This document shows, piece after piece, positions 28,301-37,929 of a stretch of DNA of 64,000 bases (position 1 is the first letter of the stretch; each line of letters starts with the position of its first letter). Location of the stretch: positions 808,667-872,666 of the forward strand of contig CAVQMM010000001.1 in the NCBI GenBank assembly GCA_963713615.1, given 5' to 3'. Position numbers and translations under genes: made by a program. The notes under the pieces are model-generated. The model did not search any database and was not told the DNA's origin. It was given only the letters and a program-made list of their open reading frames with translations. The DNA comes from an uncultured Chlamydiae bacterium. GTDB taxonomy: Bacteria; Chlamydiota; Chlamydiia; Chlamydiales; JAJFMA01.

Positions 28301-29595
28301 AGCGCACCGCTAGCTTCTAGGCGTTCTAATACCCCTGAGACATCCTGAAGACTAAATTTTCCAACACCGTCACGTGCGATTAACTGCACATCTGGTAGCC
28401 GCAGTGCAATACGAACAGTCGGATGAGTATTTGAGCCTTGTGTTAAACGCGTTGGCAGTGTCAAGCGCTGGACTTCTATCTCTAGAGTCGTATCTTTCTT
28501 CAGTGATACTGTCGACTCAGATCCCGGCCGCTGCAACTGCCATATGCGTTCAAAGAGGTCAGGCGTCATCTTTAGGCTAATGATGCCCGGTCGCTCTAAG
28601 ATAAGGTTGCCATCGCTTAAGTGAGTGACAAGGTCCGCTTTAAAGTTAGTACTATCTCCCACAATCTCAAGAGAGGGGCCTGAACTGCTCAACAGTAAGT
28701 CTAGCTTAAGGTTAAGGGTTTCACCTAATGCATCACCTAAGAGTCCTGTCCAGGCTGGGTGCCCTAATGTCAGCACTTGGTCAAAAACATGCACAGCGGC
28801 ATTCTGGACATTCATTTTAACATGAATCTGTCCATCGCCTTCAGGAAGAGGAATCCCCGTCACGCTTGGTTGTAGGAGCAATTGCCCATGGGAGTCGAGT
28901 CCATCCAAAGTTGCTTCAAAAGCAAAATGCCCAGCGAGCTCTTGCTGATGGGATTTGCCTCTTATCTTTAAAATGGCCGTTTCTTGCGCCGGATCATGTT
29001 GTAGAGATGCTTGAATATCATCGAGACTAACCACTTCGCTGGTCTTGTTCTGTAAAACGATGGTGCCATCATTGACCACCAGACGACCTTTAAAAGGTAC
29101 GGAGATAGAGGACTGCGTGGGAATTTTACGCTCGGCCACTAGATCTTCGGATGGTTCTAAATCAACTTTCGTTTCAGGTTTGATGAAAGCACTGTGTAAG
29201 CTGGTGTGGCCTTGTCCATCTGGGATCAAGTCGGCATGCAAGCCATGGATTTCTGCATTTCCCAAGTCCATATGGGAGATTAATAGGGATAGGGGAGACG
29301 CATCGGTCGCCATTCGATTGATCGTCAACACCACCTGGCCATCAGGATCCCTAACAGTAATTCCTTGTGCTGTCTGATGACCAAACCAACCAAGGCTAAG
29401 GTCATCGATCTCCACGCTACCTGGGATATGCTCGTTGATAAGGGCTACAACCCTCTCTTTCCCCCAAGACGTACTCACGATACTTGGTAGACTCAATGTA
29501 ACGACAATGAAAGCTGCGAGCAAGCCACCAAATATCCGAAGAAAACGAACGTTGTTGGAGGGCTTTGTTAACCTAGGCGTATCTTGGCCGGGCAT
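25366..29595 (-). CDS. very large membrane-anchored protein (1409 aa), TamB/AsmA-like
   Basis: Single N-terminal TM anchor (FLRIFGGLLAAFIVVTLSL) followed by about 1300 aa of beta-rich, low-complexity-free sequence and a conserved C-terminal segment. The architecture is that of the TamB/AsmA family; assignment by architecture and vague sequence recall only. Confidence 0.45.
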   Translation of the reverse strand: MPGQDTPRLTKPSNNVRFLRIFGGLLAAFIVVTLSLPSIVSTSWGKERVVALINEHIPGSVEIDDLSLGWFGHQTAQGITVRDPDGQVVLTINRMATDASPLSLLISHMDLGNAEIHGLHADLIPDGQGHTSLHSAFIKPETKVDLEPSEDLVAERKIPTQSSISVPFKGRLVVNDGTIVLQNKTSEVVSLDDIQASLQHDPAQETAILKIRGKSHQQELAGHFAFEATLDGLDSHGQLLLQPSVTGIPLPEGDGQIHVKMNVQNAAVHVFDQVLTLGHPAWTGLLGDALGETLNLKLDLLLSSSGPSLEIVGDSTNFKADLVTHLSDGNLILERPGIISLKMTPDLFERIWQLQRPGSESTVSLKKDTTLEIEVQRLTLPTRLTQGSNTHPTVRIALRLPDVQLIARDGVGKFSLQDVSGVLERLEASGALVYQLNAAITHLDQHGSLRIAGKLIDQDHTDTILLGDLVVAATKIPTAAFDYLFRTDGLLVGSLGENFDLQAKIVTDSQGRRMDVQMGSDSFAAPSLQFKLADSLQLVKPAQVHMQATPALVRYLLGTNSKIVLEERTSMLLTLNQLTVPLGRQETGDKAIIDAEIATAPFVIGGLTDSQQGRARFSNVKLRANGGKFSDLHFALHTDIAPDGVTPVLTAALGSVSTVELEGILATPSLSDPSFSELRLSLQNELIDARILAKSQSDGSLSLISPATLRYNLKSEALLALGVMQPQVPHLLQRNPVEVRVDDFTVRFNETGPRVVFCRGKASVGELQVVQEAESNPLAILRDVVFSWRYDSTSQLAALVLRAKSEMNKEQGFLEASLDLAQWGSSMEELLRGSIAKLEVNGQHFPLVVVSALTGRKGWSEIIGPTVELSLQGHYGPTDNTSEGLLSLSMSADQFQAKSQFNINSQGATLQADKPMTLSWTVTPDRWQALQEVLGTPGAPMNLPWAVVEPATLLATLNTVTLPLRPIAGLVDGSDDQCVFLSPALAGSITWDGVRIRDTLSNDEATLQNLGLTFETDNVAKGMDFTLQAREQAGESKYAPAEADVTGHVARLDSTKPWLESPMLAVDLSITGKELSLVHLLRYPLQRAAVSQHLPGLIGQRVSGTVQFQLKGPDGHLQASLVGDSGRFEVDGQIAKRILTLRQPLVLELEVTPELRHGLLRDVAPYMAATKSTEKPIRFTVDPVGFSLPVDDLNHARIGQATLEMGKVKIEDNGQLGAVISILQGDRDQDNGTFNVWFTPLNLSLADGILKFSRMDALIADHYPVALWGRIDLIKDHVRMIIGITAQALRNAYSLMNVDDKYMLQLPLTGTIDNASIDKTKATARVTALLAQSQGSAHGAMVGGVLDLLGGGLHDEKVPPPNGPLPWEPASPEGGSKPVAETKPLNGLHKEVKKGAKKLLDALRLNTSR

Positions 29596-29917
29596 TCCCT
29601 ATCTCCTTGCAATGGTTATCTTCTTATGCCGCACTGTAAATCGAACTTTCTAACCGCGCGTGGTATATAACCTATCAGTCTACCAGCTTCCGAGATTTAT
29701 ACCACACTCAGTCACAAATTTGGAATTTGGACCGCACCAAAATCTCGAAATTCAACGATCGCTGACCTCGCGTGGTATAACATTTAAGCTGTAAACATAA
29801 AAATCTACTTATCAGGTGCATGAATAACACTTGCACTTTACAATAAAAGTAAAAAAGCCTATAATTTAACCGTGTTTTTAATAAGCTATTATAGGTATAA
29901 GATTTTACAATGAAAGC

Positions 29918-30617
29918 ATGGATTTCGGGATAGCTGATCAAGAAATACCTGCAGTACCCATTTCAACCGCAATCCTTCCCACGGCTATAAATCTCCATTC
30001 CTCAAATTGCCCCAACTCCCATTCGACGGTCATGATTCTAGCGCCAGGCCAACTGGAGTATGTTCCTAAACCCGAGAATGACGCCATGAGCATCGAGGAT
30101 GACTCTCAGCCATCAAATAAGTAGTGATCACACATGGGTTGATGCTATCGCTATGTGGCCAAACTACACGGGGAATTTTGATCCTGCAAAACACTTCTGT
30201 TTAGTCATGGACCTGTGGGGACCTTCTCTCCTTCAACGTCTAAAGGCTAATCATGTCTATTCCCTTCCTAACCTTCAAAAAATAGCGCAACAATTATTTT
30301 TAGGCCTTCAGGATATTCATGAAGCACATTTTGTGCATGGCGATATCAAACCTGGCAATGTTCTCACAGATTTGCTTGATCCTTGCACCATTCGCATCGC
30401 GGATCTTGGGACTCTAGTTACTGAGCAAGTGGCATCAACAACTGATCGCCTTTGGACAATTAGTCATGCAGCCCCTGAAGCCTTTTTTGGTGGCCCTCGA
30501 TCCTCTGCAGGGCACATTTGGGCGATGGGATGCCTTCACTATCAGCTTAGCACAGGTAAGGCCTGCTTTGTCGGAAGTAACTCCTCTTGCCTAGTGAATC
30601 AACAGATCGCTGACTAA
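29918..30617 (+). pseudogene. frameshifted, N-terminally degraded paralog of the Ser/Thr kinase
   Basis: ORF 30099-30617 encodes the C-lobe of a kinase (HGDIKPGNVL, IADLG, APE-like). ORF 29918-30124 in another frame resembles the N-lobe segment YIVLAEGQLTG of the intact kinase at 11858-13597 (VMILAPGQLEY). No Gly-loop or VAIK lysine remains. Confidence 0.55.
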
Positions 30618-30749
30618 CACAGAAAATCAATTCCTATGATGTTAAAGTCCATTTTATGTCATGGTTAGCCACAACTGCAGGTAAACAATCTTTGAGGCAA
30701 AAAATCTTTAACTTATTTATTGTAATGGACAACACAAGTCTTAGGCGGT

Positions 30750-31397
30750 ATGAAGATGTTAAGAGGGGTGATTTATCAGTCGTTTTTGGTTATGAGCCTT
30801 ATCTCTGTTTCATGGGTTCATGCAGGCCCCTTAAATTGTGACGTTGTAGGGAATGTTATGTTAGAGCGATTTAGTGGACGTTCCTATGATGCATCCAAAC
30901 CCATTTCCTCACATCAGCTGCATGCCATATTGGAAGCTGGGCGCTTAGCTCCATCGTCATACAATGAACAACCTTGGAGCTTTATTGTATGCGATCGATT
31001 TACCGATCCGGCTGCTTTTGAGGCTGCGGTGGCCACTTTGGTAGAGTCGAACCAGAATTGGGCTAAGCATGCTCCGGTGTTAATCATAGCGATAGCCAAA
31101 CTTAATTCGAAAGGCGATGGAAAGCCTAATCGGTGGGCCCCGTACGACACTGGGGCGTCCAGTTTTGCGATGATGCTCGAAGCAACATCTTTGGGCCTAA
31201 TGGCACACCAAATGGGAGGCTTTGATGAAACTAAAGTTATCAAGACGTTTGGTGTTCCTAGTGGGCATATGCCCATGGCTGTGATGGCCATAGGCTATGC
31301 TTCACCAGACCAAGCGCCAATTCCTAAAAAACGAAAACCGCTATCCGAAAACTTCTTTCGCGGGTGCTGGGGAAACGGTATCAGCTTTTCAGGCTGA
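30750..31397 (+). CDS. nitroreductase-family protein
   Basis: Family blocks RRSxR-like (RFSGRSYD), PSSYNEQPW and the FMN-binding region. The true start may be the internal Met at about 30858. Confidence 0.7.
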   Translation: MKMLRGVIYQSFLVMSLISVSWVHAGPLNCDVVGNVMLERFSGRSYDASKPISSHQLHAILEAGRLAPSSYNEQPWSFIVCDRFTDPAAFEAAVATLVESNQNWAKHAPVLIIAIAKLNSKGDGKPNRWAPYDTGASSFAMMLEATSLGLMAHQMGGFDETKVIKTFGVPSGHMPMAVMAIGYASPDQAPIPKKRKPLSENFFRGCWGNGISFSG

Positions 31398-31531
31398 CTC
31401 AGCTAGAGATCTTCCTTTTTGAGAGCCTCAACTTTGGACTCAAACTCTTGCGGTGTAATTTTCAAAGCGCCCCAATTCTTCCCAAGAACCTTTTTCTTGA
31501 GCTCCTTTGCATTGGGATGCAATTCGGCTTT

Positions 31532-32470
31532 TTAACCTTCATCCGGTTCCCTTAACGTATTTTCTGTTTCGTCTTCTTTTACATCGCTTGGTTGCTTTTT
31601 ACCCAATCCCATAGTCAATGCCGTCATTCCCGCAAGCCCCCCAAGCTGCATCGTTTCGATGGCCGAGCTGGGAACGATGACGATAGTAGAATTCTGTTTC
31701 AATCCTTCATAAAGCATGTTCATTGCTCTTAAATGCAATGCAACAGGATTGTTGACGTAGGTTTTAGCCGCTTCACCAAATTTTTCTGCCACTTGCCGCT
31801 CTGAATCCCCAAGAATGACCCGAGCTTGACGTTCTCTTTCCGCCTGTGCTTGCATTGACATCGCATCTTCCAAAGCGGGTGGAATCAGGACATCTTTGAC
31901 TTCGACAGAAATGACATTGATTCCCCAAGGCTCAGTCCGTTCATCGATGATGATTTGCAGTTCGTTGCTAATTTTACCTCGTCCCTCAAGCATATCAGAA
32001 AGCATTGTCTTACCAATCACATCGCGCAAAGCTGTTTGGGATGCCCATCCGATGGCGCTTTTGTAATCGGCTACCTCTAAGGCGGCCTTTATAGGATCGA
32101 TCACCTTCCAAAAGAGGACCGCATCGACATCGACAGGCACTGTATCTTTGGTCAGAGTTTTTTCAGCTTTAAATGAACTCGTAATGACACGGATGTCTAT
32201 CCAGAAAGGTATTGTATCGATAACCGGAATGATAAAAAATAATCCTGGCCCCTTTAAGGCATGAAAATGACCCAGTCGTAAAACGATGGCCCTCTCCCAC
32301 TGATTTGCAATGTTAATTGATGCCGAAACGATGTAGGCAAGGAAAAACGTAACGGTAAAGACAAAGTAGCTTGCGTAGCCCTCAAAACTTATATGCATGG
32401 TAAAAGCTACTGCAGCACCGATGAATAAAATGATGAAGAACACTAGGATGGAAAAAGAGTTTGTGTTCAT
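31532..32470 (-). CDS. SPFH/band-7 (stomatin/prohibitin-like) membrane protein
   Basis: N-terminal TM region followed by the SPFH domain (WERAIVLRLGHFHALKGPGLFFIIPVIDT...) and a coiled-coil, Glu-rich tail. Confidence 0.8.
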   Translation of the reverse strand: MNTNSFSILVFFIILFIGAAVAFTMHISFEGYASYFVFTVTFFLAYIVSASINIANQWERAIVLRLGHFHALKGPGLFFIIPVIDTIPFWIDIRVITSSFKAEKTLTKDTVPVDVDAVLFWKVIDPIKAALEVADYKSAIGWASQTALRDVIGKTMLSDMLEGRGKISNELQIIIDERTEPWGINVISVEVKDVLIPPALEDAMSMQAQAERERQARVILGDSERQVAEKFGEAAKTYVNNPVALHLRAMNMLYEGLKQNSTIVIVPSSAIETMQLGGLAGMTALTMGLGKKQPSDVKEDETENTLREPDEG

Positions 32471-32492
32471 TTTGATTTCCTTTTATTTATTT

Positions 32493-35154
32493 CTAAACAT
32501 TTTTTTTAGGTTTATTAGGAGATTCACTTTTTCGAATTTCACGCTCTGACTGCTCCCAATCTTCCTTTGCATGGCCGTCTTGGTGCCCCCTCTTTTCGTA
32601 AAGTTCATAGGCATGTTTAGCGATCTGCGGTGTTATATTGGACGGAGTCTTCGTTTCATGTTTTGGTTCAGATTTGACTGGGTCAATGAACCGATACGCC
32701 AGCAATTTAACACGATCATTCAAGAGGAACCAAGCCAGAGCATACACCCACACGAACAGAGCCCAACCCCAGCCAAGTGGCGTCATAAATAGTCCATAAA
32801 CGGCTATCAATGTAGCCACGATTTGCGTGCCGAGCACAGCCACCCATAAAATCCGCGCAGGAGGTATGGACCAGAAAGGGCCACGGGTACGCGTAAGGAA
32901 GATCGTTAGATGCCCTGCCACAGATAGCTTCAAATACATCATTGTCTGGATATGCGCACGATCGAGATGAAAGACGCGCTCACCAAGATAAAACAGACCG
33001 AAGGCTGCAACAACCCCGATAACACCAAGTACCGTTGCGATGCCCAGTACCATGTGCATATTCCAGGCTTCGGGCCTATTTTTGTAATGAACGTTGTCAT
33101 AGGCAATGGACAGAATGGCACCGTCGTTAAGCAATGCCAGCATAACAATCATCACCGCCGTCAGTGGATAAAAGTTAAAGACCAGAATTGCTAGTGTCAT
33201 AAAAAATAATACGCGCAGTGTTTCAGCGATGCGGTAAATCGCGTAACTATTCATTCTCTGGAAGATACGGCGGCTCTCTTTGATCGCTTCAATAATCACT
33301 GACAATCCGGGCGTAAGAAGCACGATAGCCGCTGCCGCGCGTGCCGCGTCTGTGGCACCAGAAACGGCAATCCCGCAATCGGCTTTTTTCAGAGCAGGAG
33401 CGTCATTCACACCGTCGCCAGTCATGCCGACAATGTGGCCTAGTTTTTGAAAGACATCTATAATATGAAACTTATGCTCTGGAAATACTTGTGCGAAACC
33501 ATCGGCCTTTTCAATGGACTGCTCGATTGCCTTGGTTTCTTGTTTCTTTGAGTCTTCGCCAAGCATGGTAGCATCGAGAATGTTTGTGCCCATCCCTAAT
33601 GTTTTGGCTGTTTCCTTGGCAATGGCTATTGCGTCGCCAGTAACCATCTTAACCTTCACACCCATTTGAGTTGCGGTGGCAATCGTTGCTTTGGCGTCTT
33701 CTCTTGGCGGATCGAACAGAGGCAATACACCCAGATACTGCCATTTGCCGTCTCCATCGGCTCGGGCCACCCCTAAAGAACGAAAGCCGCGTGTCGCGAA
33801 TTCGTCGACTGCTTTTTCGACGATGGTCTTCACTTGCTCGGCATTGGCCGATAAGGCCAAAATCACCTGTGGAGCTCCTTTCGTCACTTTGAACTGTTTT
33901 CCATCTTTGTCCTTGACTGTGGCCTCGGTACGTTTGTGCACCGGATCGAACGGTTGGAAATGGACTACCTGATAGCCTTTCATTGCATCTTTATTTTTCA
34001 AACCACTCAGAACGGCCAGATCAATGGTGTCGTTATTATCTGCGCGCGACGCCAGTGCGGCATTGAGAACAACTTGCTCGGCGTTAACATTGTTTACGCT
34101 GAATGGATCACCTAGCGTCAGCTTATTCTGGGTCAGGGTACCGGTTTTATCCGCGCACAAAACATCTACACCTGCCAATTCTTCGATGGCCACTAACCTA
34201 CTCACAATAGCTTCTTTTTTGGCGAGTAGGCGCGCACCGACTGCCATCGTAACCGATAGCACTGTCGGCATTGCCACAGGAATAGCCGCTACAGTCAACA
34301 CTAAGGCGAACTGCAATGTAGTGAGGATCGGATCTCCGCGGAAGATTGCGACGGTAATAATCAGGGCTACCAGAACCACAGCGAGGATGATCAGATAATT
34401 GCCAATCTTCAAAACTGCTTTTTGAAAATGGCTAACGGTGTGCGCTTCCTGTACTAATTGCGCTGTCTTGCCGAAATAGGTATTCGCACCAGTGCCATAT
34501 ACCAGCGCTCCGATTTCGCCCTGTCGTATAATCGATCCGGAAAATACTGCCTCGCCGGATTTGTGCGTGACAGGCAACGATTCTCCGGTGAGCGCAGACT
34601 GATCTACCTCCACTGGATCCCCCTCTAACAAGCGCGCATCCGCTGGCACAATATCGCCCATGCGCAACCGAATGACATCTCCCGGCACCAATTCACGCGC
34701 CGCCGGATTAGTCCATTTTCCATCGCGTTTCACTCGAGCCTTAATCGCCAGCTTGGCTTTCAGGGCAGCGATGGCATTTCCAGCCTGGCGTTCTTCCCAA
34801 AATCCGACGATGGCATTGGTAAAAAGTAAAAGCAGAATGATAAAAAAATCCGGCCAGTGTCGGACCACGCCAGATAGAATCACCGCTATTTCAATCATCC
34901 ACGGAATGGGACCCCAAAAATAACTGAGGAATTTAAGGAACAGATTGGTTTTCTTTTCTTCAATCTCGTTAGGTCCATATTGGATCAGTCGTTTCTGTTG
35001 CCTCGGCTTGAGTAAGCCCTTCCGCTGAAGACCCCAATTTCTTTTCCAATTCCGGCATGGGAAGGGTTTTTAAATCGTCCTTTGCATCGACATTCGATTT
35101 AGGAGTCTTGGGTTTTGATTCTGGAACCTTGGGTTGTTCGGTATTGGATTTCAT
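32493..35154 (-). CDS. plasma-membrane-type (P3A) H+-transporting P-type ATPase; reading frame interrupted near 34995-35005
   Basis: DKTGTLT, TGES, GDGVNDAPALKKADCGIAVSG and overall collinearity with fungal/plant PMA-type pumps. The first 52 codons (MKSNTEQPK...GLTQAEA, ORF 34969-35154) are in a different frame from the remainder (QQKRLIQYGPNEIEEKK...). A single-nucleotide indel is required to join them; no start codon exists in the downstream frame before the first TM. Confidence 0.8.
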
Positions 35155-35201
35155 TTAGTTTCCCACACTTGAATAGTGAATAATTTTATTAAACGATTCA
35201 A

Positions 35202-36135
35202 CTATGATTTGGGAGCACCCCATTTCCAGTTCCGGATTTCCGGCATGTCTTGGCCGTGCTTATCAATGTAATGCTTGTGCTCGATGAGCTTGTCCTGCAT
35301 CATCTGCTTAGATAGCTTGCCCAGATGCAGCCGTCGAAGTTTGTACCAGATGAAACCGGTCAATATCGTTTTGCACTCGCATGTCAAAGGCTGTCGTGAT
35401 CGTGCCCTCTTCCTTGTATTCCCGAACGTGCATATTTTGGTTGGTCCTGCGATAGGTCAGCCGATGAACTAGGCATGGATAGCCATGAAAGTTAAAGATG
35501 ATGTGCTTGTCTTTTGTGAAGAGTGAATCGTAATCTGTTTCACTTAAGCCATGAGGATGCTCGCTCTTAGGCTGCAGCTTCATCAGATCGACGACATTGA
35601 CGACGCGGATTTTCAGATCGGGAAGATTCTTATGTAGGATAGAAACGGCAGCCAAAGTTTCCAATGTCGGCGTGTCACCGCAGCAGCCCATCACCAGATC
35701 TGGCTCAGAGTGCAGACGTCCATTTTCATCAAATAGCTCCTCGGCCTTGTAGCTTTTCATCCAGTCTTCAAGTAGCTTGACATGATCGTTATATCCATTA
35801 AGGTGCAGGATTGGCAGCACAGCGCCATCGCTAATTGGATTGAGTAATTTATTGGATTGCCATGCGGTTGCCAAAGAGCCCGTTTCTGCTTCACCGTATC
35901 GAGCCCTTGTAAACGGTTGTTTTTTATAGGAGATAACCAGATCTAAGTAATCTTCCAGCGTAAACTTTCCCTCTTCGTAGGTTGCAAAAATCAGATGATG
36001 CCGAGCCTCTATCTCTGCCCACTTCAACTCAAAGTTCGTTGCTGCCCGTTTGCGGGCATGATGATCCCAACCATCGGTGAGCAGAACACCGCCGATATCC
36101 AAAAACAAATGGGTAATTGCATTTGATTTCTTCAT
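35202..36135 (-). pseudogene. phosphoketolase (xfp) remnant: internally deleted and frameshifted
   Basis: ORF 35308-36135 contains the mid-region motif [35 protein letters not shown] joined directly to the C-terminal block [51 protein letters not shown]. The extreme C-terminus ([19 protein letters not shown]) continues in another frame at 35202-35387. The TPP-binding N-terminal about 450 aa is absent. Confidence 0.65.
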
Positions 36136-36744
36136 CTAGTTTTTTCCATTGTGTCATAAGGGACCCTTGGGTCGATGATATCTTTTGTCTAACAGACAAG
36201 AAATTTTAAGCGAAGGGGATTCCCAAAAGATACTTATGGCTCTTGGGAAGAATTGGGGGCGCTTTTTGCTTCCACAAACCATCGAGTAGATGGGCTGCGC
36301 TTTGGAGTCGCAATCGTCACTCGACGCGAAGCGCTTTGGAGCCCCAACCGACCGCATCGCCAACGTTAAAGATCGGCCCGACTACAATTCAACTTCGGCG
36401 AACGACCGCAAAAAATATGGCGATGGCAAGGAGGCCTAGTGGACTTCTGATCCAGGCTCTGCGTGAAAACAGGTCCGATAATTTACGTTATGTATATCCT
36501 GGTGTGGCGGGAAGCTTGAGGCTACGGTAAGTCGCTAATGCGAATCCTACCCCCACGTGGCGGAACACTGCCGAATGCTTCTTCAGAGGCGGTTCTCCAG
36601 TTAATGGAATCCTTGGTAGATGGTATCTTTCAATTTACTGAAATTCGGCCAGTTGTGCCTTTGATCGATTAAAGTGTGGGAAACTGTGCTTGCAACTGCG
36701 TGGTCCACGGCGACGTTTAACGAATGAAAATTCGGGTACATCTT

Positions 36745-37161
36745 TTAAACCCATGGATTGATGATCGCAACTCCCGTAGGGTCAAAGTCTTTGGTATTAT
36801 TTGTCACAACTGCTAGTCCATGTACGATTGCAGTAGCAGCTATATATAGATCCTGTACTCCGAGAGATATACCTTGCTTGGTAAGACTGGCGTTTAGTTG
36901 CCCCCATGCTCTGGCAATAGGCTCATCAATCGGGAGGGAACATTCGCTAAATCGTTGTTGAAATTCCCCATAGAACCATTCCTGAAGCTCTATCTTTTTG
37001 CGAGATGCTTTTAGGCGTGCTATACCATCCTCTATCTCAGCCAACGTCACAACGCTGATAAAAAAAAGATCATCATCTTTTTCAGAAAACCACTCCCTGA
37101 CCTTGACAGGAAGGTTTTGCCGTAAATTAGATATCACGCAGGTGTCTAGCAAAAAGCTCAC
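36745..37161 (-). CDS. vapC: PIN-domain ribonuclease toxin VapC
   Basis: 138 aa; MSFLLDTCVISNL start with conserved acidic residues (D6, E43, D97-like) of the PIN fold. 4-bp overlap with the upstream antitoxin gene. Confidence 0.8.
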   Translation of the reverse strand: MSFLLDTCVISNLRQNLPVKVREWFSEKDDDLFFISVVTLAEIEDGIARLKASRKKIELQEWFYGEFQQRFSECSLPIDEPIARAWGQLNASLTKQGISLGVQDLYIAATAIVHGLAVVTNNTKDFDPTGVAIINPWV

Positions 37162-37418
37162 AATTGCACCTTTCTTGGCAGATCTTTACGACGTTCGGCT
37201 GAGATATCTATTTCTCGATGAGGCGAATTTTGAAAAAAATCGAGGAGCTTTTCTTTGCGTTTTGTTAGCTTATGATAGTCCTTGGCAGACAGTAGCCACG
37301 CACTTTCTATACCTCCCTTAGTGATTTGTTGCGGTCCTTCCTGTTCAGCACGGCGTACAACCTCGCTGAGCTGTTGTTTAGCCGTTTGAAGTTGCCATGT
37401 CGAGGTATGTTTTTTCAT
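37158..37418 (-). CDS. type II antitoxin (Phd/YefM-like)
   Basis: 86-aa protein directly upstream of and overlapping vapC. The WQLQTAKQQLSEVVRRAEQEGPQQITKGG N-terminus is typical of Phd/YefM antitoxins. Confidence 0.6.
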   Translation of the reverse strand: MKKHTSTWQLQTAKQQLSEVVRRAEQEGPQQITKGGIESAWLLSAKDYHKLTKRKEKLLDFFQNSPHREIDISAERRKDLPRKVQL

Positions 37419-37544
37419 GATCCATCTCCTGTCTAGACTGTCTAGATTTCATTATGCCACATCGATGATTTGAGTTCAACAAGTCTCAATGTGTACTCTT
37501 CTAATTGGTAAAAGAAGACATTCCATCCAGGCGCAACAGGTATT

Positions 37545-37725
37545 AGGGAGAAAGGGCCTTATTCACCTTTGCGGTCAGTTTTCGGTCGACTGCAAAAGGA
37601 TCGTCTGTCGCGTTTTGCTCCTCGGACATAGCTGGCGCTATGCCCTCGTCACAAACCACGACATCCGACCTTTTTCGTCCGACCGAAATTCTGACCGTAA
37701 AGGTGAACAAGGCCGGAGAAAGCCT
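37545..37725. repeat. isolated long inverted repeat (hairpin-forming), about 35-bp arms
   Basis: Arms CCTTATTCACCTTTGCGGTCAGTTTTCGGTCGAC and GTCCGACCGAAATTCTGACCGTAAAGGTGAACAAGG, separated by about 85 bp, immediately upstream of the antitoxin/vapC operon. Confidence 0.5.
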
Positions 37726-37929
37726 GCTAATTTAACATCTGATAAATTACACATAACTCCGAGTGTGCCATGAAGCTAAAAGCTTTGGTCACTACCATTA
37801 CAATTATCTGCAAATTTTTCTATTGTCTGCAATATTTCTTGAAAAGTAGGTTTTTCTTTGTAATAGAGAGACTGACTTTGAGAGAGGAAAGGGAAGAGGA
37901 AGGAGAAGAAAAATCGAATGGTTTTTGTT

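Noticed and set aside
30750-30857. Signal-peptide-like N-terminal extension of the nitroreductase ORF
   Set aside because: Nitroreductases are cytoplasmic and homologs start near MLERFSGRSYD. The extension is probably untranslated, though this cannot be proven from sequence alone.
32571-34923. Multiple 60-125-aa ORFs on the plus strand inside the P-type ATPase gene (for example 33676-33972, 34024-34398, 34660-34923)
   Set aside because: They are antisense to a strongly supported CDS and have no homology or independent signals.
36136-36744. 600-bp ORF-free region checked for a structured RNA gene (tmRNA, RNase P, SRP RNA) or tRNA
   Set aside because: No tRNA cloverleaf, no tmRNA tag reading frame or 3' tRNA-like end, and no RNase P or 4.5S conserved boxes recognisable. 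The region contains a fragment of the family-B repeat terminus instead.
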